Below are positions 49,801 to 63,653 of a stretch of DNA of 64,000 nt, piece by piece. The stretch spans positions 124,001-188,000 of the forward strand of contig CM035361.1 in NCBI GenBank assembly GCA_020137815.1. The letters are read 5' to 3'. A program made the translations under genes and the position numbers. Below the pieces are notes generated by a model. That model saw only the letters and a list, made by a program, of their open reading frames with translations, had not been told where the DNA came from and ran no database searches. Within the stretch, counting starts at the first letter, position 1. Each line of letters starts with the position of its first letter. Source of the stretch: Hormiphora californensis (Eukaryota; Animalia; Ctenophora).

Positions 49801-50359
49801 TCAGATGATGTGAGATCTATTGTTACTTGCTGTTACTCCCAGAACACTCTGTTCTCTGAACTCTTTTCTCTGGTCCTCTCTTGCTCTCGTCCCCCTCTCT
49901 CTCTCAGAGAATGGTGGGAGACACAACACCAGATGTTAAATCGGAAAAAGCTACAAAAAATAAACGCTCCGGCACTAGTGCCCTTTCCTTTGTTTATTTG
50001 AACTCTCAAACACCAGCTGTGGTCGCAAGGCCATTATATGTACTAGTTTCTCAAGGAACTGTCAGCTTTAATTGTTGAAGGCAGGGAAAATACAATGCTA
50101 TCACTGCGCTGGCAAGCGCAAAGGTGACCATCCCCTCCCCCCAGCCGCGTGTGCCAGAGTGCAGTAATAACTTTTTTCAGTTTTTAGCCAAAAATGGCAT
50201 TTTGCGACGCCCATAGGGAGGCCCCCACTGCACCGATCGGTCTGAAATTTGGTATACAGTGTCACATAGTCTAGATCTACTGTAGTTTAAAAGGGCAAGT
50301 CTCTATATCTTTTAGTTTTAGAGATACAGCATCGTGCCAAAAGCAATAAATGTCCCGGG

Positions 50360-50404
<45 letters not shown>

Positions 50405-51186
50405 GTATCTATGGATAGACGCTGTTTTTACCAAATTTATAATCATTTTTGAGAGAAAACGACATAAGATAGACACTTCTCGTTTGTTGCATTCGAAAGA
50501 TAATCGTTCAAATTGTGTAGACGAATAGTTTTCATGTTCTAGGTCCAACCAGAACGTCTTAACAAACTGTCATAAAGATAAGAGTTTTTTTCAAATCAAC
50601 CAAATTTCTTTGAGCTCAATTTACACCCTGAAGACGGCTTCTGATTGAAAAACGGAGACCGCACTTACGAAAGATAATCGTCTATACTTTCAGAAACTAT
50701 ATCGCGAATTTGTGAAACTCTATTTCTAAGGGTCTCAAATCGCGTCTGAAGTGTTAAGACTGTATGAAAATAGATATGACGATATTGCGTTTTTCGCCAG
50801 AGCGACCTCAAATCTTGTCCAATCGATCTCAAACTTGGTCAGCATCTTTATCTAGATGACCCTGATAATAATATATCCCTATCTTGATGTTATAACGTCG
50901 TGACGTTACGCTATGACGTCATAATGACGTCAAAATTGAAATTTTCGTATTTTAGCGATTTCTGACGGTCTTTACACGTCCAGACATGTCTTACATTGTA
51001 TTTCACATCAGAAAATACCAAAAATATACCCCAATTATGCCAAAAACTAACAGAAATTAGTTGGCTGGAAAGGTGACCATTTTGTTGTCAAACTGACACC
51101 TTTGCCCGGCCCGGGTTACGGATATGATCGATGGACGATGGGGTAAATCAGGGGGTAAATCAGGGAGAAAGAGAGAGAGAGAGAGC

Positions 51187-51218
<32 letters not shown>

Positions 51219-54200
51219 AAGTGAAAGAGAGAGATAGAAATCAGAGAGGGAAAGATAATGATGAAACCCGGAGAGGGCAAAGGTGTCAGTTTGACAACAA
51301 AATGGTCACCTTTCCAGCCAACTAATTTCTGTTAGTTTTTGGCATAATAAACTAATAGAGTAAATATGAGTTTTCTTAAAAATAGTGTTTGGCTACCCCT
51401 ATCATTTTAAACCCAATATCTCCTAACTAGCAATGTCGGCAATCTGGTTGTCGTTCCAGATAACTGTGATCGCTATAGGAACGGCTGGTATCATTGGCAA
51501 CACCAGTTCCCTGTGCTACAACTCCAGAAGAAAAGGGTTCCCAAGGCAACTGTACATCATTCTAAACACAATAGACTTCACTATTTGTGTTATAGGAATC
51601 ATCTCTCAATGCGATTGGTTTCTCACGGAATGGAGTGAAATTCTGTTCCTCAACTATTTCACCCTCGCTAACCAAACCTCAGGACTTTGGACTTGTATAA
51701 TGGGTGGGGCGAGACTTTTAGCCATGTCCCGGCCATTTTACCAAATCAATAAACGGTTATTCTGGACAGTCTCCAGCGTGATGATGAGTGTTTGTATTAT
51801 CCCAATAGCTGCTTTCTGCCTCGTTCGTGACAAACAAACCGATAGGCAAGAAAATATCACTGCAGTATTTATAATCTGCTTAATCGGATTCACTGTGGGA
51901 AACTTTGTGATAACAGTCTCAACTAGCATACTACTGAACCGCAAATCACCCGCGACCATCTCAGCAGATCAAAACCGCCAGAACGCTGCTGTCACAATAG
52001 TTCTACTTGGTGTGGTGTTTCTTATAACCAATATCAGTGGAGCTGTAGCGGGTGTTATATTTCTAGGAGGTAGAACAAGCCCTAAAGCTATTATGGAGGC
52101 AAGTGATAGTTGGTTAAAAGTTTGGATTCTTCTTGCGATAACAAATGCTGCGTTGAACCCTGTTGTCATTCTACGCAGGAAGCTGGTGGGACTGTGTCAC
52201 AGGAATCAACCAAATCGTGAAATTATTGGTCTTAATAGGATTACCATAGAGACGGTAATTGCCACGAACTGAGTCGATAGTGACCCCTACTGGCTGAATA
52301 CTATTCACTAACTACTCAATTTGTGGCAATTCAGTGAATAGTCGAGAAAGTGGGTGGTACAAGGGCCTTGTAACAAGGCATTAACAATTAGTCATTATCA
52401 TATTGGAGTCAATATACCATTAAAAAAAGCTGATTTTCAATGCTAATTTATTTGATAACTGTTATGTAGAAACTAAACGTTATGTAGATATTATGCTGAT
52501 TTTCAATGCTACTTTATTTGATAACTGTTATGTAGAAACTAAACGTGTATAACGACTCTTCCAAACTTAGTATATTTTACAAAATCATGGGACCTCAGAC
52601 TTGCATGGGGTAATTTCAAGTGTGGGTGTGTGGTTGCAGGGAGAGACTGGAGAGAAACATAATTTCAACCATCTCCTATCACCTACCCATACCAACACTT
52701 TGTCGCTACCAACAATCTCCCATTACCTACCAACACGATGCGATCCGACAAAGAAGGCCCTTGACAGAACAAAAGGTCGGGCAGTTCCCCCGGATCTTTG
52801 GACTTGTCCCTCAGCAGTTGCACGGTGCATATAGTGTCCAAAGATATTGTGGACATCCCTGTGCTCCCAGTCACTTCCGTGGAGGTTGTCTTTCGGCATT
52901 GACACCTGGACATTAATTAGTCGATTAATTAATTAGTTAATCAACTAAATAATGAATTAATTAACTGTCAACAGCTAACTAAACTAATTAACAATTAGGA
53001 TAATTAGTTACCTCAGGTCCGTCGAAAACACTTGGTTCATTCATGTCATTCCAAGTAAACAGTCTTTCAGTGGTCCCTTGGTATTTGTCGTAACTAAACT
53101 GACTAGCCCACCACTCCCTTGCACAGGGGGACGTGTAATCAACCCAGGAACTGGAACCTGAGTTAATTGGGAGTTAATTTGGTACTTAGTTAGAAATTAG
53201 TTCTTTAGTGAATCAGGACTAAGAACAGTTTCTAAATGTTTAATCCACTTTTAGTCTGGTGAATCACCAGTGTCCCAAGCATGATACACGAAAACGTTGA
53301 TAAAACTTAATTGATTAACTAATTAATTGATTAACTAATTAATTGATTAACTAATTACTTTTAGTGAATGAGATCTGTCCAGGATTAAAATAATCATCAA
53401 GTTTATTACCTGGCCAACAGTGTCCCTTGAAGTCCGCTCCGTCCTTGTTTTTTACAAACACTGCACAAGTGGGATGATTCGTGCCCTCTTTGTACAGCGA
53501 CCATTGGTTATCAGTCTGAAATTGGGTCACGTGGTATTGGGATTGGGTCACGTGATATTGTGAATTGGGTCACGTGGTATTGTGAATTGGGTCACGTGGT
53601 ATTGGGATTGGGTCACGTGGTATTGTGAATTGAATCAAGGTGACTACTATTCAATTCAACCCAATTCTATTCGCACTTAACTGTTAAGTGTTAACACACA
53701 CATGACACACACACATACAGCAGGTGGACCCACACTAAGAAAAACAAGGAAAAATATCACGTGATCCCTACATGTGCTAAATACCTTGATATGAGGATCC
53801 ACAATAGTAACCATGTTCCTTCCCTTCTTTCCGAGCCCATCAATCATGGCCTTACTGTCAGGAAACTTCTTACTATCCCATGTGAAGTACCTAAAACACA
53901 AGGAACATTTCTATCATGAATTTTCAATCACCCCAACTAAAACACAAGGATTTGTTCTATCCCGAAATTTAAGAACCACCCAATGTCACTCCAAGTTTAT
54001 CAGTAGGTGTAATTCTGATCTGTGGCCCACCGTGGCCATAGAAACGAATAACACAAACAAATGATGAGGTATGGGGTACATGATCAATACTGATTAAGCA
54101 CCCCGGAGTGAGAGGCGTGACACCCTCTTTGCCCACCTCTGATGACTGTTCAACCCTTTATGACAAAAACAAGATGATATAAGCCGGAAATATCCGGAAA

Positions 54201-57200
54201 ACTGGTAGGTAAACTTCACTCATCATACTTGGATATTTTTTATCTAACTGACAAAACTCACCTCTTGCCGTTTGTATGTTCAATGTCCAGCCACATCACA
54301 TCCATGGGTATATCGTACTTATCAAAATTCTCATCGACACTGAAAGGAACTAGTTAATACATGATATGGAGAGTTGTAATAGTTTGGACACAAGGAACAA
54401 TGTATTACTCAGAGTGAGGCGGTGATTGGACAGTATCCCTTGCAAACTAAGGGGAACGAGGTAGAGCATTTGGGATTGGACATTATTGGATATTATTCAC
54501 CCGGTATATACAGAATTGTATTGTCTAAAATTCCACATTAATTCTACATATCTCCCACATTCCCAAATTTCTGAGATTACCGACATTATCTGATGTGTGG
54601 GCCCGCGGTGAGAAGATCTTCGTTGCGCGCCACACTGCTGCGCGGTGTACTTTTAATAGTTGGGAGGGGGAGAAACTAGCGATAGGACAACCAGATGACG
54701 TACAAGAATTGAAGCACTTCTGCAGCAGTGCGTTTTAGGAGGAACATAGCATGTGCTAAGAAAATATATGTTCGCAAAAGGCAAGCTTCCCCTCGTCCGA
54801 CCCGAAGTTGGAATCATATGGGTTTAGTTTGTCGAACCGGCAAGTTGCTAACATTTTCAAATCTTCACTACTTCTCAAATGATCCCATACTTTCAGTCTA
54901 ATCCCAAAATCCTATTAAAAATAGAGACAAAAATAACTTCCCCCTTACTCAACAAAAAATAACGGTACCAAACTGTGAAATGCCCTTGCATTAGTGCGAG
55001 TAGAATAAAATCAATTTTCTATCTAAAGGCCGAGTTTATAGCAAGAAAGGACTATTTTACAACGAATTCTCTGGTTAGTATGGTAACCAACTCCGTTGTC
55101 ATGGTAAATCAATCGAACTCTATCGAGTTCTATCGCCAGCAACTGGATGAAAATTTATCCATTTCATTATGCACAATGCACAGGCTTTGGTTACGAAGTT
55201 ACCCCTTGCCAGCGTGTGCACGCGAAGGTCGCCCGGCGACAGAGTGTGAGGTGTCTTCGATACCAAGCACAGGCTTGTGTAACAAAAAGGGGCGTTTTTA
55301 TAGCTTATTGTTCATCATAACCTGAAATAAATAATTTTCATTACTTTCACAAAGGCTCAAAGTTTGAATATCAAATTTGCCAAAATTGTGCAGGGGCCAC
55401 CCCAAAATTAATCTCTAAGTAATTAATTAATTAATTTTGACTATTCCCACTTTCTGTAGATTATATTATATGTTTTATGCATGAAGAACATTCCTAGAAA
55501 GTTTCAAGTCGATATTTTAAGCAGAACGGAAAATATAATTTAGTGCATGGGCAAACAAAATGGTGCAAGGGCACATGTTCAGGGGAAATTTGCACAAATT
55601 GTGCAGGGGCAAATTTTAATTAATTTGCCTATAATTAATTACCTAATTGATATATTAATCATACGGCTCTTCTAGTACTCGTAGTTATGCTACTAGAACA
55701 TGCATAGAAAGTTTCGTGTCAAAATATTAAACGGTGTGGACACAGTTCGATCATAAAATTGGTGCAAGGGCTGCCCTTGCACCATTTGCCCTTGCACATT
55801 GCCTGCCCTTGCACCAAATTCCATTTTTTGCACGGCTCTAACTAACTAATTAATTAATTTTGACTATTCCCACTTTTCGAACATCATCTTTTATGATTGA
55901 AGAACATTCCTACAAAGTTTCAAGTCGATATTTTAAGCAGAACGGAAAATAGAATTTGGTGCAAGGGCGCGGTGCAAGGGACATAACACGCAATGTGCAG
56001 GGGCACGGTGCCCTTGCACCGTTTTTAATTACCTATAATTAATTAATTAATTAAAAATTCAAAAATCCGCCAACGTCATGACACAAAGGAATACTACAAG
56101 AACATGCCTACAAAATTTCAAGTCGATATCTCAAACGGTGTGGCCACAATCGTTGACATGTTTTTTGCCCCCCCCCCCCCCCCCCCCCCCCAAAAAAAAA
56201 GACCTTTCTTTGTTCTTAATAGGGCCGGCATTTTTGGGTTTTTGTGCAGGGGCAAAAATTTTTTTTTCTTTTTTTCGTTTTTTGCTATTTTCTTCGGGTC
56301 GGAGGTGCCTGCCGGCACCTAAATACGGTATATATAATATACCGGATCATAGTTATCTACAGGCATTGATCGTTCAAAAATACCAAATAGTCCCTATGTC
56401 CAATGCTTAACCAGATGAGTTGTAGTGCAGGTTTAAACAAGTTACTATTGGTCAATGTAATGCCTTATGCCATAATGTAATTATTTAGGTTATGATTTAG
56501 GGGTTGTTTGGGGGGTAGTTGTTGTGACTTACTTAATTACATCCTGTTGATCATTGTAATTCCAGCGACACTGTTGATATGCAATAGAGAACAACTGAAA
56601 ATAGAAAAACGAAGTAAAGTATTTTCTTCTGCTTCGGAGAGTGGCTAGGAAATAGGAATGTACCCACAATGGACTACGACTCGGTCAAACGTAAATAGTA
56701 AAACGTTTGCGGTTTGTCATTTTTCTTTTGTCGTCAACTTACAGAGGGTAGGTAGCTAGCACCGAACACCTCACTGTACTGTCGTGATACGTCCTTCGGG
56801 GTTGGACCTGAGCAGAGAAATAGTACAAGAAGTTGGGCCTAAACAGAGAAATAGTACAAGAAATGAAAACCTTCGGGCTTCAAACCATTTGTACATTCGG
56901 AGGTCGAGTAATAAACAAGTTATTATTATACTTGGAAAAAATCTTTATATCAAATCAAAAATCATGCATCAAACATAATGCAGTTATTCTTGTCATATCA
57001 AATGAGTCTCACCTAAGAATATGAAGACATCAAGAAGACCACTCTCCGACATGAAATGCGTGTCAACACGGCTTACATCATCTGATGTAACGAAGGAGGA
57101 CAGGACTCGACCAACCAGTGACTAATGGGGGAGGAGAGAGGGTTAGGGGGAGAGTGGGTTAGGGGAGAGGGGTTAGGGTATTTGACCAACCAGTGACTAA

Positions 57201-59683
57201 TGTGGGAGGGGAGAGGGTTAGGGAGAGTGGGTTAGGGGAGAGTATTTGACCAACCAGTGACTAGGGAGAGAGGGTTAGGGAGAGGAGAGGGGGTTAGGGG
57301 AGATGGTTAGGAAAGGAGGGAGAAAGGGGTTAGGGATGTGAGAGAGAGAGGGTTAGGGGACAGCAAAGCAAAGAAGAAAGTATTGAGATTGTAAAACTCC
57401 AAAGTCCTTCCCTAGTGCTGCGTGGTCGTGTTCACGCTGCTGAATAAGCACATCCACACTGTACCTTATCCGAAGTATCTGCAATGTCGACCCACGTCTC
57501 AGCAGCATTCAACCACATAACCCCAACATTACGTCCTGTCTTACTAAGGGCTGTGATATAGGGAATCGATCCATATAGCGCCTGTGGGAAATGTTTGTTT
57601 GTTTACGATGTGTCATAGGAACCTGAGTCTGCTAAGTTTTTCAAAGTATTAAATTTCCGATCATCCTAAATAGATGTTACTTTGAGATATCCCAGAGAGA
57701 AAGCGACTTTTATTATTTAACATACCGTTAGTTACGAATCAATCAATCAAGCAATCAATAAAACAAAACATACCATGGGGTTATCTAGCTCATATTCAAA
57801 TACATCCAGGTTATAAAGTCGGTATGGATCTGTGTCAGCAGTCGATTTCAGCGCAAAGTTATCGGCGTGTTCTGGCAAACCATACACCTTATCGTACCTA
57901 AGGGTAAGGTTAGGGTTGTGCTTTGAACATACCCTGACAATGACACCTTTGCTAGACCGTCTTTCGCAAATCATGTAAAGGTAGGGTTAGAACATACTGC
58001 ATGACGCATGTAACCAGTATGAGTTACTTAATCATTCCATATAAGGCAATGTAACCATAGTAACCATGGTAACCATGGTAACCACATACCCAATGAAGCT
58101 CATATCAAGTGCAATAGCCCGGGGACCTCGGGGATTAGAATCATGATGAGACTTGAAACTCTCCTCCCACTCCATAGCTGCGAGATCCTCTGCGGATATT
58201 CCTAAATCATCTTCCTCCTCCTTCTTTCCTTCCTCTCCCTCAGCAGCCGGTTCTTCTGGTTTACTGGGAATGGGGGAGAGATTTATATTGCAGGTATTAG
58301 ATCTTATCATATTAGCTGAGCATGCAGATTTTACGAAAAATATGAAATTAAAATAGCAACAAAAAAGCAGCTTAGCGAGATGAAAATTCAGCAACACATA
58401 TCACACCTTGTTCTAAGCCTGTCTAAAACACTCTTTCCAATATTCATCGCTTTCGACTTGAGACTAGAGAGGGACTGACCCACGCGGCTAATTAGCGATC
58501 TAGGGGATTAGTAGATTAATTAACTAATTAATCAAAGATACTCTTTAAAGCCAGAAAAGGCACGCAAAGTGATCGGGCAGTTGCCATAGCAATTATATAC
58601 ACACGAATTTCAGAACTTGTGCTAATTTTCGGGTTTGAATCTCATTTTTAGCTAAATTATCGTGTTATTTTAGACAGGATTTAGTTTGGCGATACAAATT
58701 ATACATGCAACCCCAATCCCAAAATCACATGTAAAATTAAAGTATATTTTCAAACCAACATCACTCACGGTTTCAGTTGCTGCGTTTCAACAGTTAGAAG
58801 TCCCCGGGCATTCAGAGAGATTTGCAGTTCTCCGGAGGAAAACACGTCAATTCGGAGGGGGTTGTAGGAAATAAGGACCTGAAAAGAGGTCAGAGGAGGG
58901 GTTGTAGGAAATTCGAGAGGGTAGGGGGAGTCGCATGAACAGAAAACCACAATATTTATTTCGACTGTGGTTGGGGAACTATACATCTGTACCTAACTCT
59001 CTTATAACTACCTTGTCATCTCCAAATACAACAGTAGCACTTTCAGATCCTGTCTCCAGGGTTACCGCCCCATCCTGAAGAGGGTTAGGACCCAAACTAT
59101 CAACTGGACTATATCGGGGCCTCACCGGCTCCTCTTCCTCCATGGTAAACCGTACTGATCTGTCTTCTGAAACAATGTGTCAGTCAGACAACTTGAGAGA
59201 AGAAGTTAAAGTGAGAGAAGAAGTTGAAGTCTAGTCGGACCCCGATTTACCATGATGCTCGGGGAAAAGGGTTTTGCCCGGTAAATCGGGGTCTGACTGT
59301 GATTAAATGTGGCACAAAATAACTTACTAAGTACTCGTAGAAAGGCTCTGTATCTGTTTGGTCCACTTTCATGTTTCACCGCTATCTCAATGCTACTACC
59401 ATTAACTTTCTTTACTGTATCGACTATGTAGGGAGATCGATCTTTCTCTGTTGCTCTCAGCCTCCTGATAAATGACGAGATTTGTTATTAACAATTCATT
59501 TTGCATATTATGGAACTTAGTTTTTGATAATCAATTTTACAAACTGTGGAGTTTAGTTTTTTGAACTTACTTGCAGAAACCACTCTGATCGCAAGTTTTG
59601 AAGTTGCCTCTGTTAACTGCGAGGGATAGGTAACAGAGCGAGAGGAGGATGGCCAAAGTGAGCTGCCTGCAACCACCCGCCAT
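46821..59683 (-). CDS. GANAB: Glucosidase II alpha subunit (GH31), multi-exon
   Basis: Signal peptide plus [81 protein letters not shown] and FRAHIDT. Confidence 0.96.
47620..47816. repeat. 16-18-bp tandem repeat (aagaaacacccctctccc)
   Basis: Seen directly, intronic. Confidence 0.9.
48534..48672. repeat. (TCTCTG)n microsatellite in a GANAB intron
   Basis: Seen directly. Confidence 0.95.
51433..52272 (+). CDS. Intronless rhodopsin-class GPCR-like protein nested antisense in a GANAB intron
   Basis: 279-aa ORF with multiple hydrophobic segments, GIIGN (TM1), LNTID (TM2), ARLLAMSRP (DRY-equivalent) and NAALNPVV (TM7). Confidence 0.85.
   Translation: MSAIWLSFQITVIAIGTAGIIGNTSSLCYNSRRKGFPRQLYIILNTIDFTICVIGIISQCDWFLTEWSEILFLNYFTLANQTSGLWTCIMGGARLLAMSRPFYQINKRLFWTVSSVMMSVCIIPIAAFCLVRDKQTDRQENITAVFIICLIGFTVGNFVITVSTSILLNRKSPATISADQNRQNAAVTIVLLGVVFLITNISGAVAGVIFLGGRTSPKAIMEASDSWLKVWILLAITNAALNPVVILRRKLVGLCHRNQPNREIIGLNRITIETVIATN
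53520..53633. repeat. ~21-bp tandem repeat containing GTCACGTG
   Basis: attgggtcacgtggtattg(g/t)ga repeated 5 times. Confidence 0.85.
55187..55266. mobile_element. 80-bp MITE with 9-bp TSD
   Basis: gcacaggct|ttggttacgaag ... cttcgataccaa|gcacaggct. Confidence 0.8.
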
Positions 59684-59687
59684 GTTG

Positions 59688-59790
<103 letters not shown>

Positions 59791-60029
59791 GTTAACCAGC
59801 TAAACCAATTAACAGGGAAACGCATTTATGGTTTGCTTTCAAGAACCTGCGTGATTCCAAGAATCCAAAACAGGGGGGGGGGGGTAATCGAAGGTAAAAT
59901 AGTGAAAAGGGATAAACGACTACAAGATGTAACAGCGTAGTTTCTGTAAGGAATAAAAATGATAATAAGTTAGAATTTAAAAGTCATCCAGGTCTAAAAA
60001 CTTTAAAAATGTTTCTCTCCGTTATATCC

Positions 60030-62056
60030 TCATTTAAAAGTAGACAGATGAATCTTGCTATCAGCACCACCGCTTACAATCTGTCCTTCCTTCCAAACAA
60101 CTGACAAAACCTTGTCTTCATGACAACCTAATGGATGTTAGAATAATATATAATTGATAAATATTAGAATATTTATAATTGTATCGATTCTCTTTGTTAT
60201 TTTCTAACTCATTATTCCCGCCCTACTTACTAATTCTCTGGACGAAAGACCGGGGGTTTCTCGTGTCCCACAGCAGCACGGAGTTATCATATGATCCTGT
60301 CACCAGCTCGAACTCTGACTCGGGAGACCAGCACACATCTGCCAATAGGAGTGTGTTATTGGGGTCACGTGATATATTGGGGTCACGTGATATAGGCGAT
60401 AGCCAATCAGAAGTTTGTGTCATGTTTGCAGCGGATTATATCTTGATCATGATGGCTGTTTAGTGTTTGCTGCATAATGTCAGAAAATAAAACGCAGGAA
60501 AAAGAGAAGGGGCCATCTGGTGGAGTGGCTATTCATACAGCGATGTGGTGGTTTTACACACGTGTCAGGACCAGGGACAATGCCCTCATATCCGTCCATT
60601 AAACAGAGGGAGAGAGTTGGGTACAATAATCTCCATTAGTACCACACACAATGCTTTTAGTACACACGGTCATGCTTACCATCCAGAATAAACCTTTCTA
60701 ACCACTTTTCATAATACCGATTTAAAATTTCACCCCCGGGAGATTGGGGTAATAACTTACCAGATACCCAAAGATCATGCCCAAAGAGGGTCGAATGAAC
60801 GAGAGCTCCACTTGTACCCCTGGGATCAAACAATCTGACGAACTTGTCACTGGCTCCAGTGGCCACTAAACGAGATTTATCTGACCAGGAGACAGCTTGG
60901 AGTGCAGTGTTGATTGTAATTGTCTTGGTGCTGAAATAAAGGGGGTGTTTTAATAGTGGGAATTTATTCATAGGTTTAAAATGATTGTGATCTGAAGCGA
61001 AACAGAGTTTTTTGGTGATAGAATCCCAAAAGGAAGTAGTTATCTGACCGGCAAATATCACAGAACATAACAACCTGCGTCCTGCAAAGATCAATCTCTA
61101 CAAAAAAGATTCACGTGTATAACATTACCAGGTCATTAGTTGTGTATCCCAAAACTTCACACTGGAATCCTGAGAGACAGTGACAATCTGAGAGTTATCC
61201 TGCCAGGTACACCCGGTAATTGCCTGAGCGTGCCCTCCAAGGGTGAGAAGGGGAGTTCGGAGGACCCCGTCTTTCCTCTTTTTCTTCCGTTTCTTGTCTT
61301 CGTCAGGCTCGTCAAGGGAGGTACTCCAAATCTAAGAGGTGTAAAAATGGTTTCAAAATTGGAATCGAGAAGTCACAGAGTGGAATCATGAAACTATGTG
61401 TGGTAACTCACTTTAAGCATTGTGTCAAAGGAACCGGAAACAATTTGCTCAGTAGAGGGACTAACACTGACACACGTAACGCTCTCAGTGTGCCCACGAA
61501 GGTTGAACAAACTCCTACTCTCCTCTTCCTCTCCAACAAGGCTGTAAACCAAAGTCTGATCAATCGACCCCGTCACAATTAAATCTCCGCTATTCTCAGA
61601 CCGGATGGCTTTTATACACTTTATTGGCTTTTCGTGCACCTGGAAGCTCTTTGTCTCGAGGGTCGATGCTGATGTTCTTGTGATTTGACCGTTGTAGAGG
61701 CCCCCATAAAGGAATTTGGAGCTAAAAGACAATCCCCCGACCCAGTCATTCACGGATATTTCGTCAGTCTTTTCTGGGGCTTCACGTTTCAAAAAGTATT
61801 CAACTTTAAGCACTGATTCGCCAGAAAAGTTAGCTTGTTCACAAAACTTTCCTATCGTTGTTGACAGGAGTTCATCGTTGATTCTGAAGCTAAATTCGAT
61901 CGAATCGTCGTCAATATTTAGTAAACTCTTGATAAGATCCTCCAATTCAGAGATCGAGGCGGTGTGGGGGAGTGAGAAAACATTCTGGTCGATTGAATAA
62001 TCCCTTTCTGAGGTGTCCAGTCGAACTTGTATTTGTGTATCACCGACAGCCAACAT
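60030..62056 (-). CDS. WDR12: Ribosome biogenesis protein WDR12/Ytm1, multi-exon
   Basis: N-terminal NLE domain (FSFRINDELL, ESVLKVEY, NDWV), LRGHTESV...SGSFDTMLK, LEGHAQAI, DKFVRLFDPR and GCHEDKVL...SGGADSKI. Confidence 0.95.
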
Positions 62057-62329
62057 TTTGCCTACATAAATACGTGGATTAAGACTTTAATTAGAATTGG
62101 ACAACGGGCGGAGCTTATAAAAAAGAGAAGAAAACATCGAAAACAAAACAAAAGTTCAAAAAAAGTTCAAAATTTAAGTTTAAAAACTTTTAACTTGTGT
62201 GGCGCGCGACAAAAAAGTCGCTAAAATATAATGATTCAGAGCTGCAAAATATAGCCACGCGCGAGATTTTAGAAGCTTGAGCGCTGCCTTTTTAGACGAT
62301 TCGCGCGTTCGGTCGCCTCACTCCAAAGT

Positions 62330-62578
62330 GGGCGCCGTTACGATCTGGGTGTTTGGTGGCCTGTTTACAGGTGCGCGCTGCCAAAAAAGTTGATTCACTA
62401 AAATGGCTCTAACCGCCAAACCACTCAACCGTTTTGGCTAATTCAAAGTTTATCTGGTAGGAAATGTCAAGGCCTAACCCCAACCCAAACCCCAGCCCTA
62501 ACCCTAACCCTACTTTAGCCCTAACCCTAAAAAACCGTTTGTCAGCACTCACCAAACACCCAGATTTTAACGCTGGCC
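62330..62578. mobile_element. Intact copy of the telomere-repeat-bearing Mutator-like MITE
   Basis: 9-bp TSD ctccaaagt at 62321-62329 and 62579-62587. Reverse complement of 210-362 plus 958-1044. Confidence 0.88.
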
Positions 62579-62936
62579 CTCCAAAGTCAAAATTTCAAGA
62601 TGGCCGTTTTCATCATTTTAAGAAACCCCGTTTATTTGCCTCTTTCCCGGCTCTCAAGTATGACTGACATGCTTATTATGGCGTAACTTGGGTTTGCCGG
62701 CTGCCCTGGCGACGCCGGACGGGCGGCAGACGCACCACGCCAAGCAGATTATTATTGGACAATGGAAATCCGAAATTGCCGCATTTAAATTTTGCATTTG
62801 TTTGTTAATTGATATTGCATGCCAGTGATAAACAAGGATGATTGGAGACTTGAAAGCTATTCTCTACTGACTACTACTAGCAATCTTGTCGAATTCTATT
62901 TCTGTCCACTCTCACTTTAACACTCAGTATGAGAAT

Positions 62937-63653
62937 ATGGTTCGAAGTAGCGGCGGTAAGCGATTGAATCAATCTAAAAAGATTCTATGCTGTAATGTGG
63001 GCTTCCTCGATGATGCTGTAGCGACCTATGAAATTCCAAAAGATTCAAAGGGAAGCGTCCTGCTTCAGGTTTGTATATTTTTTGGTCGTTTGTTATGAAA
63101 GACAATATCTGAACCTGGGATACTGAGTTCTCTTGTTTTTGCAGGTTTACATAGATCTGTATTACATTTTCTATCACAATACACATCACGAAGAAGGGAC
63201 ATGTGTTATTAGATAACAATTTCAGAGTGTGATAAGATCTCTGGAGTTGGGAAAGGAGGAGTTATACTTTGGGCTCCTTTTTAAAGATGCAGATAACTTT
63301 CCAATATGGCTTGATCCTAATAAGAAGGTGAGATCATAGGAGATGAATTATACAATTAGGACAGTATATTATCTATTCATGATCTTTGTTTACATTGCAT
63401 TATTATTTCCATGATGCAAATTCCGGGTTTAGTCCCCTTTGCTGAGCATTATTAAATACCTCAAACAACCCCTACTTCCCTTCATCAGATAAAATCTCAA
63501 CTGAAATGTCCGCCGCCCTATAAGTTCGAGTTTCGAGTTAAATTCTACGTGTCAGAGCCGGGGTTGATGCTCACAGACGAACTGACACGGTACCAGTTTG
63601 TTTTGCAGCTAAAAGCAGGACCTTTATAACCAGCGGCTCTCCTGTACATTCAG
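62937..63653 (+). CDS. Band 4.1-family FERM protein, first 3 exons (continues beyond the window)
   Basis: [35 protein letters not shown] and [11 protein letters not shown]. One extra A near 63611 breaks LKQDL. Confidence 0.92.

Noticed and set aside
63608-63620. Frameshift in the FERM gene as pseudogenisation or programmed frameshift
   Set aside because: A single extra A in a homopolymer within a well-conserved exon. Most likely a sequencing error.
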